In this document: positions 10,401 through 23,507 of the stretch, piece after piece
How the letters are laid out: the number at the start of each line of letters is the position of its first letter
Numbering within the stretch: position 1 is the first letter of the stretch
Assembly: GCA_009103225.1 (NCBI GenBank)
Contig: RHPI01003330.1
Location: forward strand, 586,730-650,729
Source of the DNA: Chlorokybus atmophyticus
Taxonomy: Eukaryota > Plantae > Mesostigma and Chlorokybus algae
Length of the DNA: 64,000 nt
Direction of reading: 5' to 3'
Program-made: the position numbers and the translations under genes
Notes under the pieces: model-generated
What the model was told of the DNA's origin: nothing
Database searches by the model: none
The model's input: only the letters and a program-made list of their open reading frames with translations

Positions 10401-13400
10401 ATCTAGATGTTGCCCTTGAACATGTTGGACCCAGTGCAGTGACCAACATCATCGGCAGGTATCGCATGTGCCATGGCTCGTCCTTCCAGGCCAGCGAACA
10501 CGCGTACCTGCCAGCTGTCACGTCTTCCGGCAGAGGCAGTTGCAGGTAGGAAGCATGCATGCGTATACACCAACCCTCACAGGGGTTCTTACACACTTAC
10601 ACCTTGCCCATGCAGGCCCTAGTGTACTGGCTTCTGTCCGGCATTGTCGTGCCGCTCTTGCGTGCGCACTTCTATGCAACAGAATGCGAGCCTCGGCACC
10701 TTCGCATCCACTTCTACCGCAAACCGATATGGGCAAGGCTTGCTGCGCTCGGCACGGAGGAGATCGTGCAAAACAACTACAAGCCACTGGCCAAGGTAAG
10801 AGGAAAGTCTTTGTGTATCAAGTGATTGTGTCGACTGACGCAACTGTTATGTGCAGACTCGGGCCAGGAAGATGTTGTCTGGCCGCCAGTTGGGTTTTGC
10901 GCGTGTACGCTTGCTGCCCAAAAAGCACTCTGTGCGTCCCATATTGAATCTCTCGAAGCCAATGGTTGCTGTATTCAACTTGCGCAGAAAGGGAGCCGGC
11001 CACACATGTGAGTTGCATCCGAAACACAGCTTTATATGTTGTGTTGCAGTGCTGAACTGTTGCTCATGCAGACATTGCGTTGCGGTTCCCACCCATCAAC
11101 ACTGTGATGGCGGACACTTTTCACTGCCTGCGCCACGAGTTCAACCAGCTGCAGTCGAATGACGATTATGAAGACGCCTCGGTGTCTGATCATCACCAGA
11201 TATACAAGAAGCTTAGACCCTTCTTGGTGCACTGGAAGGTACACAACAGACTCTGTGCATCCAATGTTGGGCAGGCACACAACAACAATGTGCATTCGCA
11301 GGCGGTACTGGACCGTCGCGGTGGTTTCTACATCGTCACGTGTGATGTTGCCAAGGCTTTCGACACTGTACAGCAGCATCTGCTGCAGGCGATTGTTGAG
11401 CCTCTGCTGCAGCAGGCAAGCTTACCATGTCAACTGTTATGTGTATGGAGTACTTGCACAGCTTGTGCTGTGACTGCCCACCCTTTCAGCACCATCTAAA
11501 AGGCTTTACCTTGCTTGTTGTAGGATGCTTATCATGTGCAGCGGTACAGTACCGTGGCCCCTCATCAAACAAGCGCAGCGCCAGGCGTGCCGGCTGTGCG
11601 CACGCGCTACCTTCGTGCCGCTCTACCTGCTGTTGACGAGTGCAACGATGACACCACCGCGTGCGGATTTGCCAACTTGTGCCAGTCTGCCATCGCGCGC
11701 AACACCGTGTTCACAGCTCAGGTCTGGTGGTTTGATGTGTGTTGACAGCTGTTGATGGTTGATGGTTGTTGCATTTGCGGTACTTAACATCTCATGCAGG
11801 CGTGGAGCAAGTGCATAGGCCGTGGGGAGGTTCTGAGCTTGTTGAAGGAGCACATCTTTCGCAGCCTTATCAAGGTGCGTGCCTGTGTATTGTGTGATGT
11901 GACATGCGCCATTGGAGCTGTTGTGCATGCGCTCATGATTGTATATACATCAGGTCGGGCGCACGTATTACCAGCAAACCATGGGCATCGCGCAAGGCTC
12001 TGTGCTGTCATCCCTGCTTTGCAACCTGTTTTACTCCCACCTGGAAAGAACGCTCCTGCGGTCAGTTTGTACATCACCTGACAATGTCCATATTGACATT
12101 GATGCGTTTGCTAACCATCGGCTGTTGTTGCTTGCTTGCTTGGCCAGAAACAAAAAATTCAGAGACATTGTCTCGCGGTCAGACCTTCACTGAATGTGCA
12201 AACAATAAGGCATGTTGACTGTGGTCATTGGTAACTTGCAGGCAGCCATGCTCCAGTCATGAGCTCCAGGAGGCAACCGCAGAGCCAGAAACAGCAAAAG
12301 AATTCATGAGCTGTGAATGCGCTCCAGTCATAACTCCTAATGTTAATGATAGCAATAACAATGACTGCAACGAAGACATTCCGGCACCCTCAACGCCTCC
12401 ACAAAGTGCAAGCGCAGAAGGGAGCGCATCGTTGTGTCACTCGCATGCACGCACGCACATGAAGCCTACAGCGGTGCTGTTGCGCTTCATTGATGATTTC
12501 CTGATGATATCAACGTCGCGAGAGGAAGCCGCCTCACATGTCAGACGCCTTCATCACGGGTTTCCAGAGTACGGCTTCACTGTCAACGCGCGCAAGACCA
12601 GCCTCAACTTTGCGGTGGATGTCAGTGGCGTGACGCTCCCAAGCAACGAGTATGTTGGAGCAGGTAATGTCTGATTGACTTCCGCAGCTGTAATGTGTGA
12701 GTCGAATGATACTTTGGCCACACGTGTACACTTGAGGGTCAAGCCACAAAGCTGGATGGACTGCTTACAATATTTGTCAATTGCATTTCTGGTGGCTGAG
12801 TACCAAATAAGGAAACAGGCCAGAAACATAGCATTCTGGGATAGTTGTGAGAGGGTGAGACGTGCTCATGGCTCTTTGTTGTGTTGCAGATGGTGTCCGG
12901 TTTGTGCGTTGGTGCGGGCTGCTCTTCAACTCCGTGTCGGCGGAAGTGCAGGCTGACTACTCGCGGTATTGGAGCAAGGATGGCTCCGACAGTTTGTCCG
13001 ATATGCTGACCACGCTGTTGAGACACAGCGCGGGATGCGAGCTCATCCTCAGACTGCGCCAGTAAGCTGAGTCCAAAATGCCACATATGTTATTCCTTTT
13101 ACATCTGCACATGACCAATGGCATGAAAACAACGCCTTTTGCCACGTTGATAATCACCATCCAGGCTTTGATTTGCTGCTTGCTCAAGCTGTGCTTGCTG
13201 GGGTGATCAAACAGTATGGCAACCCCAACAAGCGCAGCTGATGGTGCCAACACACCCAGTAACAGTCAGGACAGTGCATAACAGTGCGTTGTCGCTCTTG
13301 GTGTACAACACCAAACAATGCCTACAGCTCGGTTCTGTCTTCTGACAGGTATATGCGCCCCAAGTGCCTTGCCATTCTGCTCGACCCCCGCATCAACTCC

Positions 13401-14013
13401 CCATCTACAATCCAGCTCAACATCTATCAGGTGCACTGCAGAGCTGACGTATCAAGCTGAACAGCTTCTTCTTGGCCACATGAATGTTGCCTTGTCGCAT
13501 TGAGGATGTCTCCATCATTGCACTTTCTCATGAACACTGTGTACCGGTATGTTCTGCACGCAGGCCTTTCTCCTGTGCGCCATGAAGTTCCACTGCTACG
13601 TGGTGCTGATGCCAGCAGCCAACGTGGACTTTCTCTATGCGGCGATTGCGCAGACGGTCTCATACTTGCCACGGCTTGTGGCGCAAACGGTGCAGGCAGC
13701 GCAGGGCAAAGAGCGGTGGAACCGCACCGTCTACAAAGACACTGCCTGGCTTGGGCTTCGTGCTTTTCAGCGCATCCTCACTCGCAAACAGAGCAGACAT
13801 CGCCAATTGCTGAATGTGCGCTGTTGCTGACTTGGATTGCGTTCACTGATGAATACTGGTCCAAACAGGGGACTCATCAAGCTGTTCATTGTTCTGTTTG
13901 CACAGATGCTGGACAAGCAGTTGGGTCGCAAAGAGTATGAGACACATGCACGGCGCTTGGCACATGTCATCGCTGACAACCGCTCATCAGTGTTTGACAA
14001 GATTACATATTGA
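7390..14013 (+). CDS. TERT: Telomerase reverse transcriptase (multi-exon; start codon not visible)
   Basis: TEN: LERLYGEVLPLGEFLRKL and EWKSLLSR|VGDAVMQYLVTQASIFLPLNNGCYMQVTGAP. CP: CAYGALLKHHCP. QFP: SQSVAAFVCSVLNCILP. T: WLLSGIVVPLLRAHFYATECEPRHLRIHFYRKPIW. Motifs 1/2: ARVRLLPKKHSVRPILNL. A: CDVAKAFDTV. B': GIAQGSVLSSLLCNLFY. C: LLRFIDDFL. D: GFPEYGFTVNARKT. E: WCGLLFN. C-terminus SVFDKITY* (TGA 14011-14013). Confidence 0.97.
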
Positions 14014-14624
14014 ATACACCGAAGCATACTTGTGCGGATGACCGAGGCAAGAGACTTGCTGACGCCTTCAGTGCACGTTGATGAAGGTGCGCATGCTTTG
14101 TTACTTCGTTGCCTGCTCAGTATTATAGCAGGTCTGATAGCTGAGTCTGCTTGTTCACACGCAGACCTTCCATGAGCAACTGCACATCCGCAGCATACGC
14201 TGGTACTGTGCTGCAGGTGACAGTATGTTGAAGTTGCTTCAGAAAAGCGCTGCTGTCCAGAATTGTCTGCTTGTAGCACTGCATAGCGTACACGCGTGGT
14301 GACGACACTCAGTCCCCAGGCCTGTTAGCGGTGCCAGAGAGTTTACAGAAAGTTGCATGCCGCACTGCAGGGTGCACACCCATAGTTGTGTGGTTCAAGA
14401 ACTTCTGCTTTGGCCAACAGCTAAGACTGGTAAAGCATCCAGGCAGGTTGCATAGCGGTTACCTGTCACAGCGCTTCCACTTGTCTAGTTTGCAGAAAAC
14501 ATTCATCAGAAGCGCTATGCCACAGTGGTATAGAAATTGCATGCTATTGTGTTAACACTACATCACTAGACAAGTGCTTGGAGCAGCTTCTCAGCTGCAA
14601 GCATCCTGCCCCTAGCAAACTGCA

Positions 14625-17600
14625 TCATAGCAACGTATCTTGGAAGAACTCATCATTCAGCATGTTTTTTGCAGATTGGTAGTTCAAGCTTCTCTTCTTG
14701 AACTGCTTGAGCTCATGCATGTCATCTGAAGTTGCGCGAAACTCCTTGCCCGTCAACAAGACCTCCAACAGGTAGAAGATCCACATGCAGTTCGTCTTGG
14801 GGTAGAACTCCTCCCACCTGATAGGAATGCAATTTCAGTCCATGGGTCTATTGCACACGTGGACATGTTGTGTGCATAGTTGAGAGAACTGTGACAGCAT
14901 GGCAAGCCGCTGACCTGTTGTGGGTGAGTTTCTTCATGCGGCGGTAAGTCTCCGCCTGCGGGTCACCAGCGGTGCCCTTGAACAACGACGGATCACTGCT
15001 GAGGTCACAGTACAGCGCTTTGCCCTGCTCAGTCTGCAGCCTGGAAAGGGTAAAATCGATGAGGGTTGCTTGCACGCCATGTGACCGCATTCCCCGCTGG
15101 CGGCCGTCCAGTCTCAGTGGCAGCATGTGCCGTTGACATGGCCGCACAACAATGTTGCCCCAGTGCAGATCTCTGTGCTCAAAGCCACAAGCCAGCTCAC
15201 CGACAGCGAGAGCCGCAGCAACCTGTAGAGAGTGCAGTTAGCTCCTGTTTGTCATGCGGTATACCCGCGCGTATGCAACTGCAGAAGAAACGCAATGGTT
15301 AGTACTGCACCTGAGTGATCAAGCTTTTCACTTGGCGGAAGTCTTGCAACTCAAACTTCTCCAGGTCCCTGCCACCGTTATCAAAGACAAACACCATGTA
15401 CAGCTGAGACGCATCAAAGCTGCTGACAGGGTCGTTCTCTGAGCCCTGCAGAAAGGCCACAAATCTACATGAACACATGCACATGCGCGCTGTAACAACC
15501 AAGAAAGTTGTCAGGGGAGTCACGGACATTTTTGCTGTCCCAGTCCTCCCAAGCCTGTACCAGCTTCTGCGGGTATGCCCCTTCACAGACAGCAATGCGT
15601 TGCGTGTGCACAAACCCATCTGTTCCATTATCAACGCCCCTTGCATGCTCGATTAGCGTCAGCCGCAATTTGGTTAAAGTGTTGGTCAGCAGAACCTCGT
15701 CACGCATCTCAGTCAAGGCCTTTTGTGGTTCCCCATTGACCAGCTGGACGCCAGCCATGGGAACTATTTTTATGATGCTCTCGGCATGCTTGAACGCTTC
15801 ACCGTACGTCCCTGCAGCAGCAAAGTATTACCAACAGCCAAAGCTCATCTGCTGTACTGGTGGTATAGTGTTAAGGAGTATGCACGCACGCGTGCGTGCG
15901 CAAGGATGAATACGGATGAACAACTGCTTTGCTCGTACACATGCATGAGCTGGGTGTGGTCACCAAGCAAATGAAGTCAAGGTGTGCAACCAACGAGCAT
16001 CATGTACTGGCTATGTTCAAGCCTCAAGCATAAAGCTGCTGCCATCCGTTACCTTCACCAATCTTGCAGATCTCGGAGTCACCAGTGAGCTCATCAATGA
16101 ACTCACTGAGCAACACGACTGCCGCTTGATGGCATTCCTTCAGCAGCGCTATCACGGGTGGGTCATCCACCACAGCCATGTTTATATGCGGAGGTGTCAG
16201 CGTTGATACGCGCATGACACTCTGTCGTCTGGCTCTGCTTGATAAGCCAAGTATGGACACTCTGCAAACACAGACACATCCTTACACCCTAAACGATGCT
16301 AAGTCTTGTCCTAAGCCTCAGACACAGTAGCACAAACTGCTCACCTCCGGGCGCTTAGCGTGGAACAGTGATGTGAACTTGGCGGAGGCATGAAGCTCGT
16401 CTGGCACACTGGTGTGAAGGGATCACCGCTACTGCTTGGTGCATGGGACGGGTCTGGTGTCGGCCTTGAAAAGCGAGTTGGACCACCACCAGTCAAGGCA
16501 TGACGCAAGCGGAATGACTCCAGCGGAGATGGGCGAGTGGCTGTGAGAGCAGCTGGGGTTGTGAACTGGGGCACTGCGACATCTTGTTCTGCTGTGCACG
16601 GGCACTGTGAAGGGCTTGCTTCTTGCTCGTCCTCTGAGTCCTGCGCCGTGCAGGTGCTGGCTTCCCATGGTGTCTTTGGGCTGGCAGATGAAACCGTAGA
16701 GTGCTCTTCATTGACCGGCGACAAGCCAAGCGCTGACACGCGCACATCAGCCTTCTCACTCACCTGTGCACACAGTGCATGTCAGTATTGCACCGACATT
16801 CTCAAACAGAAGTGGCTTGCATTACACCAAACTCTGTTTGCTGTGACAGTTCCACACATGTCATGTTTGCGCCTTGCTAGCAGCACATGAGTTGAGTGTT
16901 GGTATCGAAACATAACAGAGCACACAAGTGGCCGTACTGCTACCAGCACTTTGACTCAATCACTTGAACATAAGGCATTGGTTCTGTCTTATTGTGCACA
17001 ATGCAAAAGTCGTACTTACCCGCCCATGAAGCAGAGCCGGCTGCTGTATCAAGCTCTGCTGTAGGAGGTCATGCCGTTCTCTTTCGTCGTCGAGTTCGTC
17101 AGCAGCAGCATCCTCGAGTGCGTGCTGATCCAGGTCATGGTGCATATCAACTCGCGGAGCTGGAAGGTGTGCAGATGGGGATGGAGTCTCCTCCTCGAGT
17201 TCAAAGTCATCAACCTCCTGAAAGTAGCGGTTCTTCTCTTCAAAGTACGCTGAGCATTCTGCATATGGTTGACGAACTCTTCTCCCTCTGCCAGCTGCAG
17301 GCTGTACCTGTGGACACAGACAGGACATCATGTCGTGACTGTAGTTCAGGGCCAGCGCAGCAGTCCAAGGCCAGACAGTCCATAACCAAATGGCAATGAC
17401 AGAACCAGATTACCTGCTGGTTGGCTGTGCGCGCGGTAGCTTCCTGGAAGACATAAGGGCTTGACTTGTCATCTTCCGAGCCTGAAGAGGTCTCTGCACT
17501 ACTGTGTGAAAGACGTGAGGGTGGAGGGTGGGTGGCATGTGTGGCAACCAACGGGATGCTGGATGTTGTCGCTCTGCAATAAGTTATGCACTGCTCAGAG

Positions 17601-18679
17601 CGCAATTCATATGCTGGTGTTCATTGACAAATGACAATGCATAGCCCATAATCTACACAGCTGCCGCTACAATCACTTCAAATGGCACCACGCACCTCAG
17701 GTCACCTAAAGGATAGAGATGCTTCGCGCGCCGCCGAAAAACAGCTACTTCATGCCAACCTGCAAGTGTTGACGTTGAAGGTGTAGGGGCGGCTACTGTG
17801 GGCACCTCCACCAGCTCGTGCGAAGCATTGCCCTGCTAGGTTAATAACGTGATCAACAGCAAGCTTACACGTGTGCAACAATAACGACCGCTTGGGCGGC
17901 TGAGGCTCAACGAGACAAGCAGAGTGCTTTGTGGCTAGCTTGTCAACATCAACCAAGTGTTCACGCGCACCTCCTGTGGTGGTGGTGTAGCAGAGTCTGT
18001 TGGTGTCACCTACGCAGAGACATGAGTTCCCGGCTGCCACATGCATGTGTACTGATGCATGGCATGACGTGACTTTCTTATGTCTCACCTGTGCTTCTTT
18101 TGTAGCACGTCGCTTCTTCCTGCTCGTGGTTTGCTCCTGCTGCCGGTTAGACGGATCCGCAGGGGACTGCAAGTCATTGCGCGTGTTCTTCGGAACTTTG
18201 GCAGGCTTTTTTACATCCACCGGCGTCACCTTTCTACCTTTTCTAGCACTCCTGCCATTTGCTGCACTACGCGTTTTGTACGCCTCAAGTGCCACTTTCT
18301 CTGTACGCAGCACTTGTCAACTCGTAGTCAGAGTCTGTCGCAGTCCTCAAGCGTCCAACACACAGACTGAAGACCGACAAGCACATGCAAATGCACAATA
18401 CTGCCTGACAACTGTGTGATGCGTTCAATTCAGAGAAGGAGAAAACAGCTTATTAGCATACCCAAAGGCAACGGCAGTAATCCTATTACAGCTGGACCCA
18501 CCAGGCACACGAGAAGTTGTTCAAGGGGACGTGCACTGCGACAGCATGATTAAGTAAAATTTCGAAGGGATTGATTGTTTGCCCTCACCTTGTTGCGCTG
18601 CTCGTTTTCGGTCCTCTACCCGGCCTGCTCCTGCCCTATTCACCTTCTGCTGAATTTCCGTTAAAGGTCTCCGCGTCAT
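14625..18679 (-). CDS. HASPIN: Haspin serine/threonine kinase (histone H3T3 kinase family), multi-exon
   Basis: Kinase segments EHRDLHWGNIVV, IDFTLSRL, LFKGTAGDPQAETYRRMKK, WEEFYPKTNCMWIFYLL and VFVFDNGGRDLEKF. Also the plant-haspin N-terminal motif YFQEVDDFELEEETPSP. Ends YQSAKNMLNDEFFQDTLL* at 14625. Start MTRRPLTEIQQK at 18679 is likely but less certain. Confidence 0.93.
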
Positions 18680-19057
18680 GGCATCAGCTTGCAACTTGAA
18701 GCTGCTGTAGCTACCCTCAACTAAGTGCCTAGCTGCCAAGCTAGACAAAACGCAAAGCTGCGTGAAGCCGCATTGTCGAAGGTGAAGGTATGTTCACCCA
18801 AGCTGCCCGCATCTTAGGCCATTAACAATTGCATGTGCAAGTGACTGCTGCCTGCCCTCCCTCAATCCGTGCACCGTCCCGCACTGTCTGGGTGCGTCAG
18901 CTGGCGGCAACCGGCTGACAGCAACACGGACGGAACAACCCCAAAGTCAAACGAAAACACACTCTCCAGATCCACGACACTCCCAACCACGACGCCAACG
19001 TCGCCTCCCCCACCCCGCACGCCGCCGCTTCCTCGGCTTGCTGCCGTTGACGCAGGC

Positions 19058-19066
19058 TTAGGGTTT
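19058..19066 (-). promoter_or_regulatory. Telo-box (AAACCCTAA) in the haspin/P5CDH divergent promoter
   Basis: TTAGGGTTT on + lies between the head-to-head haspin (ATG 18679) and P5CDH (ATG 19220) genes and matches the plant telo-box consensus. Confidence 0.5.
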
Positions 19067-19219
19067 GAAATTTGGCGGGTAATATGAACGCTTGCAGATA
19101 TCACAATGTAGTAGCGATGTCACTGTGCTCTAGCAGGCGGCAGGGACGATAACGGTACCTTGCTTATTACTCTCGTTTAGCGCAAAGCAGTAATTGTAAG
19201 CACAGTCGCTGCCGACAGC

Positions 19220-22200
19220 ATGCGGGTCGTCGCCGGCGTCGCCGCCGCCGTGAGGGCCAGGCGGTGTGGGACGCGACTTGCAGCAGCTCTCTTGGACGGA
19301 GGTAGGCGGAGCATCTCCCTGGGGTCGTTCGCTACAGTTGACCCGGAGGCGCTCTCTGGCGACAGCCCTGTCCGTCTGCAAAACCTTGGTGAGCAGGCAG
19401 AGCAGCCGGCATGTGGGTGCCCATTTGCAAATCGTCAGCGCTCCGCTGTTGTTACCTGTGGCATGTATACATGTTCTGGTGGTATCTTTTTGTAGATTTT
19501 GCGGATTCTGCATGTTGCTGCTGTGTGCCAGGTAGCAATATGCCGATGTTTAAAACTGGTCACGTGTACATGCTATGGGTTTTTGTACATCAGCAACGGT
19601 CACTTGGCAACAGTTATCTCACATGCATGGCGAGTATGTACTAGCATGCGCTGCGGTATGTCTTTACAACGTGTTGATGCTTGTGTGCAAGTGCACAAGC
19701 ACGTGCAGATGGTGAGATTACGCTGACTGCATATGTGAAAATTGCCTTATCTCGTGGTTGCAACTTGCACACAACAGTGAACGGCAAGTGGTCCGGCACT
19801 GCTGAGTATGAAGACATTGTTGATCCCCTGAATGGCGAAGTTTTCATTAGAGCTCCAGACACCAAGGGCGCCGAACTTCAGGTACATTGTGGGGCTCCCA
19901 GGTCCCTGACAACGCCTTCCAGATAACAAGCAAGTCTACTGTTGCGTGACCACCACGCAGCTCTATAGGAACGCTGAGCAACTTGTGTGTGCAGCCGTTC
20001 ATTGCCAGTTTGCAAAACTGCCCAAAGACGGGCCTGCACAACCCTCTGAAGAATCCGGATCGGTACTACAGTGCAGTTGTTTGGTTGTTGAATGTGAAGC
20101 AGACATAAGTGGCTGCTTGATATGACGTTTCTTTGTTGGCTGCAGCTATTTACTGTTCGGAGATGTGTCAGCCAAAGCTGCAGCAGCACTTCGTCGCGAT
20201 GAAGTGAGTTGCAAGCAAGCAAGCAAGTTGGTGACTGCTTACCTTGTTGTGTTTGTTACTGTAGTAACACACACAGACCAAAGAACGCAATCAGGAGGTT
20301 CTGACTGTGTGTTGCTACAACATGACAGGTGCAACACATGTTTGCGCGCCTTATACAGCGCGTGTCGCCCAAGAGCTATCCGCAAGCCTTAGCGGAGGTG
20401 AAGGTCACACGGGTATTTCTGGAGAACTTCTCTGGCGACCAGGTGTGTGCAGGTGTGTCAACGGTCCTGGCACGTACGTGTCGTGCACATTGGACAAAAT
20501 AAGGTATTCTATAATACACACGAAGCCATTGCAAACATCACTTGCTGCACAGGTTCGATTTCTAGCACGCTCTTTCAGTGCCCCCGGCGATCATAGAGGG
20601 CAGGCGAGCTCAGGGTATCGGTGGCCTTATGGCTCGGTAAGTGTTTTACTGCCTCCAGTGTCCTACACGCTTGGTGTGCAATACGGGTCGTCACTGTCGT
20701 GCAGTATGTGCTTGTGATACTGCAGCATCATAACCATGAGATGCGGATACGCAACAGAAGAGATATCTGGTTTTGTTGACAGGCAGCCATCATCGCACCT
20801 TTCAACTTCCCTCTTGAAATCCCAGCCCTTCAGACCATGGGAGCCCTCTACATGGGCAACAAGCCCACAGTCAAGTGTGACTCCAAGGTAGTGCACTTCC
20901 TCCTTACTACTGGCACAAATATTACATTTATCTCAACTGCTGCAGCAATTGCCATTATGAAAGGCATCAGTATGTTGTGGTCGCAGGTAAGCATTGTTAT
21001 CGAGCAGTTCCTGCGCCTCCTGCATGCGTGCGGGATGCCCAAGAGCGACGCGGATCTGTTTCTCGGCGGTGGCTCCGCCATGCACAAGGTCTTGCTGGCG
21101 GGCAGCCCCCGCATTACCCAGTTCACAGGCTCCTCGCGTGTGGCAGAAATGCTTGCACGCGACCTCGCCGGCAAGGTCAAGATTGAGGATGCTGGGTTTG
21201 ACTGGAAGATTCTCGGCCCGGATGTACAGGCGGTACGCTATGTGCTTTTCTTGATGCAGCTTGGACTACAGTTTACGCAAAAGAACACATCAACAACGTG
21301 CTGCTGTTGCAGGTGGATTATGTTGCTTGGCAGTGCGATCAGGATGCTTATGCGTGCAGTGGCCAAAAATGCTCTGCACAGTCCATACTCTTCATGCATG
21401 AAAATTGGGCCAAGGCTGGGTTGGTGGACAAGCTTGCCAAGCTTGCCCGAAGGCGGCAGCTGAAGGACTTGACTATTGGGCCTGTGTTGACAGTCTCAAC
21501 GCAGCAAATGCTCGATCATCAGCAACACTTGCTCACCATACCAGGAGCCAGAGTGCTGTTTGGTGGCAAGCCCCTTACAAGCCACAGCATTCCAGATCAG
21601 TATGGGGCGATGGAGCCAACCGCCGTTTTTGTTCCGCTGAAGGAGATGCTGAAACCCGACCACTTCAAGATGGCTACGACAGAGATCTTTGGCCCCTTTC
21701 AAGTATGTGCATGGACCTGCTGCTGGGTGTTGAATGCACAACAAACTTGCCATATGGCAACTGCGGTGGCTCTATAGCGCATGTCATGTTGCAGCATTTG
21801 GCATTAGCAATAATTGGGTGTTGTGGAACCGCTCTCACCTGCTTTGCTGCGCTTTTGACACTGTGCTACAGCTCATGGACACTTGATGAAAGTATGGTAG
21901 TAGTATAATAACAATTACTCTTTAGTACAACTAACTGCCTTCTCTGTGGCAGGTTGTAACTGAGTACAAGGACTCAGAGCTGCCGCTTGTGCTGGAGGCG
22001 TGCGAGCGGATGCATGCGCACCTGACAGCCGCGGTGGTGTCCAACGACATCTCGTTCCTTAATGAAGTACTCGCCAACACTGTAAACGGGACCACCTACT
22101 TCGGTCTACGCGCACGGACAACTGGCGCACCTCAGAACCACTGGTTTGGACCTGCCGGAGACCCCCGTGGAGCCGGCATCGGCACGCCCGAAGCCATTCG

Positions 22201-22282
22201 CCTCGTCTGGTCTTGCCATAGAGAGACAATACAGGATTACGGGCCCATTCCAGAAAATTGGTCGTTGCCGCCACCCTCATAA
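19220..22282 (+). CDS. P5CDH: Mitochondrial delta-1-pyrroline-5-carboxylate dehydrogenase (ALDH12A1), multi-exon
   Basis: Arg-rich presequence, then SFATVDPEALSG, DPLNGEVFI, VRFLARSFSAPGDHRGQASSGYRWPYG, TPFNFPLEIP, EDAGFDWKILGPDV, CDQDAYACSGQKCSAQS and GAPQNHWFGPAGDPRGAGIGTPEAIRLVWSCHRE. Near-colinear with Arabidopsis P5CDH as recalled. Confidence 0.97.
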
Positions 22283-23507
22283 GAGCAAAACAATGTAAGT
22301 ATCAGTTGGCTGACCTTATTGTAGTGTGATAGATGTTATGCTTAGGGAAGAGGCTGGGCTGTCGTGATTAGATGTGCAACATCTTCATGACCTGGTTGTG
22401 CAATTCGGATACAGTATTGAATGCGTTTGGCATGAGTCACGCGTATATACATATCGACAATTGGCGAATACAGCCCAATACAGGCGCCACATACAAGCAC
22501 ATGCAGTTTACATGAAATTGCACGTGTTTCAAGCGCGAACACCACCGCGGCCAGCGCAGTCACATTGCAATCGGCAATACTATCGCCGGCTCTCCTCACC
22601 TCCAGCAAGAAATGGTCGATAGAGACTGATTCTATTGAAGTTGTACATATTACGTTGATATTGAAAGATAAGCTTAAAGTAATATGCGCATTATAGCGGA
22701 TTCAATGCTGAGCGCCCAGTACGGTATAATGCCCGTATTAGATACAGGGGCTCGTCGCATTGTGCAACCAGACTTCATGGCGGCCTATGTATGCCGGTTA
22801 GTGTGTAAACGGACAAGTTCACAAAATTGTACAGTGCAATGCTGGCTGGATGTGGTTACTGCAGTACATGGTAGTGAAATCTATTAACAAGGATTGTTGA
22901 ACACATCTGGCGCTACAAAGCATAAGAGTTGCCTAATGAAGCCACCTTTATGACGGTTACCATGGGTCTTAATGCCACTGTCTTCCTATGTTGTCATCTT
23001 ATGCAGCCAACACAACGAAAGGTTAAGCTCTTTGATGCATGTGGCCATTAAATGCTGTGCTACAGCAATTATTATGCCGGCTAGTGTTGTACAGCTGGCA
23101 TCAAACAAGCACCGCAGTTATTGCCCAGCTACTCGACATATTGAGTGGCGATGAGACTGCACTGCAGTGATAGCTGCAACCGTAGACAACTAATTCAATT
23201 GTTTGTAGTACAGTACATGTGGCCACTCATGCATACTGCGATCTAGGATTGTACATGGGTAGCACATTGCATCTTGCCGAGTGCAACTTGCGCTCTCTAG
23301 CTTCATACTAGTGTAATTGATGTCGTCTGTCCGAGCCTGCTAGCTTGCCTTTGTGACTTGTGTGATTGTGCATGCCTACAATTCATACCTTTTGCATTAT
23401 TAAGAATAATGGGAGAGCGGGATAGTAGGATCGTACAAATCACCACTTACGCATAGCATAGGCAATAGTATTGCAGCAATACACTGTCGCTGTATCAAAA
23501 CACAGTA

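Noticed and set aside
7390-12178. A real tandem duplication giving a catalytically dead TERT, or exon scrambling within TERT
   Set aside because: Three junctions with the same geometry and 4.8-6.0 kb offsets all lie at N-adjacent GC-rich contig ends. A library chimera explains them more simply. Not formally excluded without reads.
16286-16294. ACCCTAAAC (and GTTTAGGGT near 54413) as a telomerase RNA template near TERT
   Set aside because: About three such 9-mers are expected by chance in 64 kb on two strands. I saw no USE/TATA type-3 promoter beside them; one is in a haspin intron and the other in HIBCH coding sequence.
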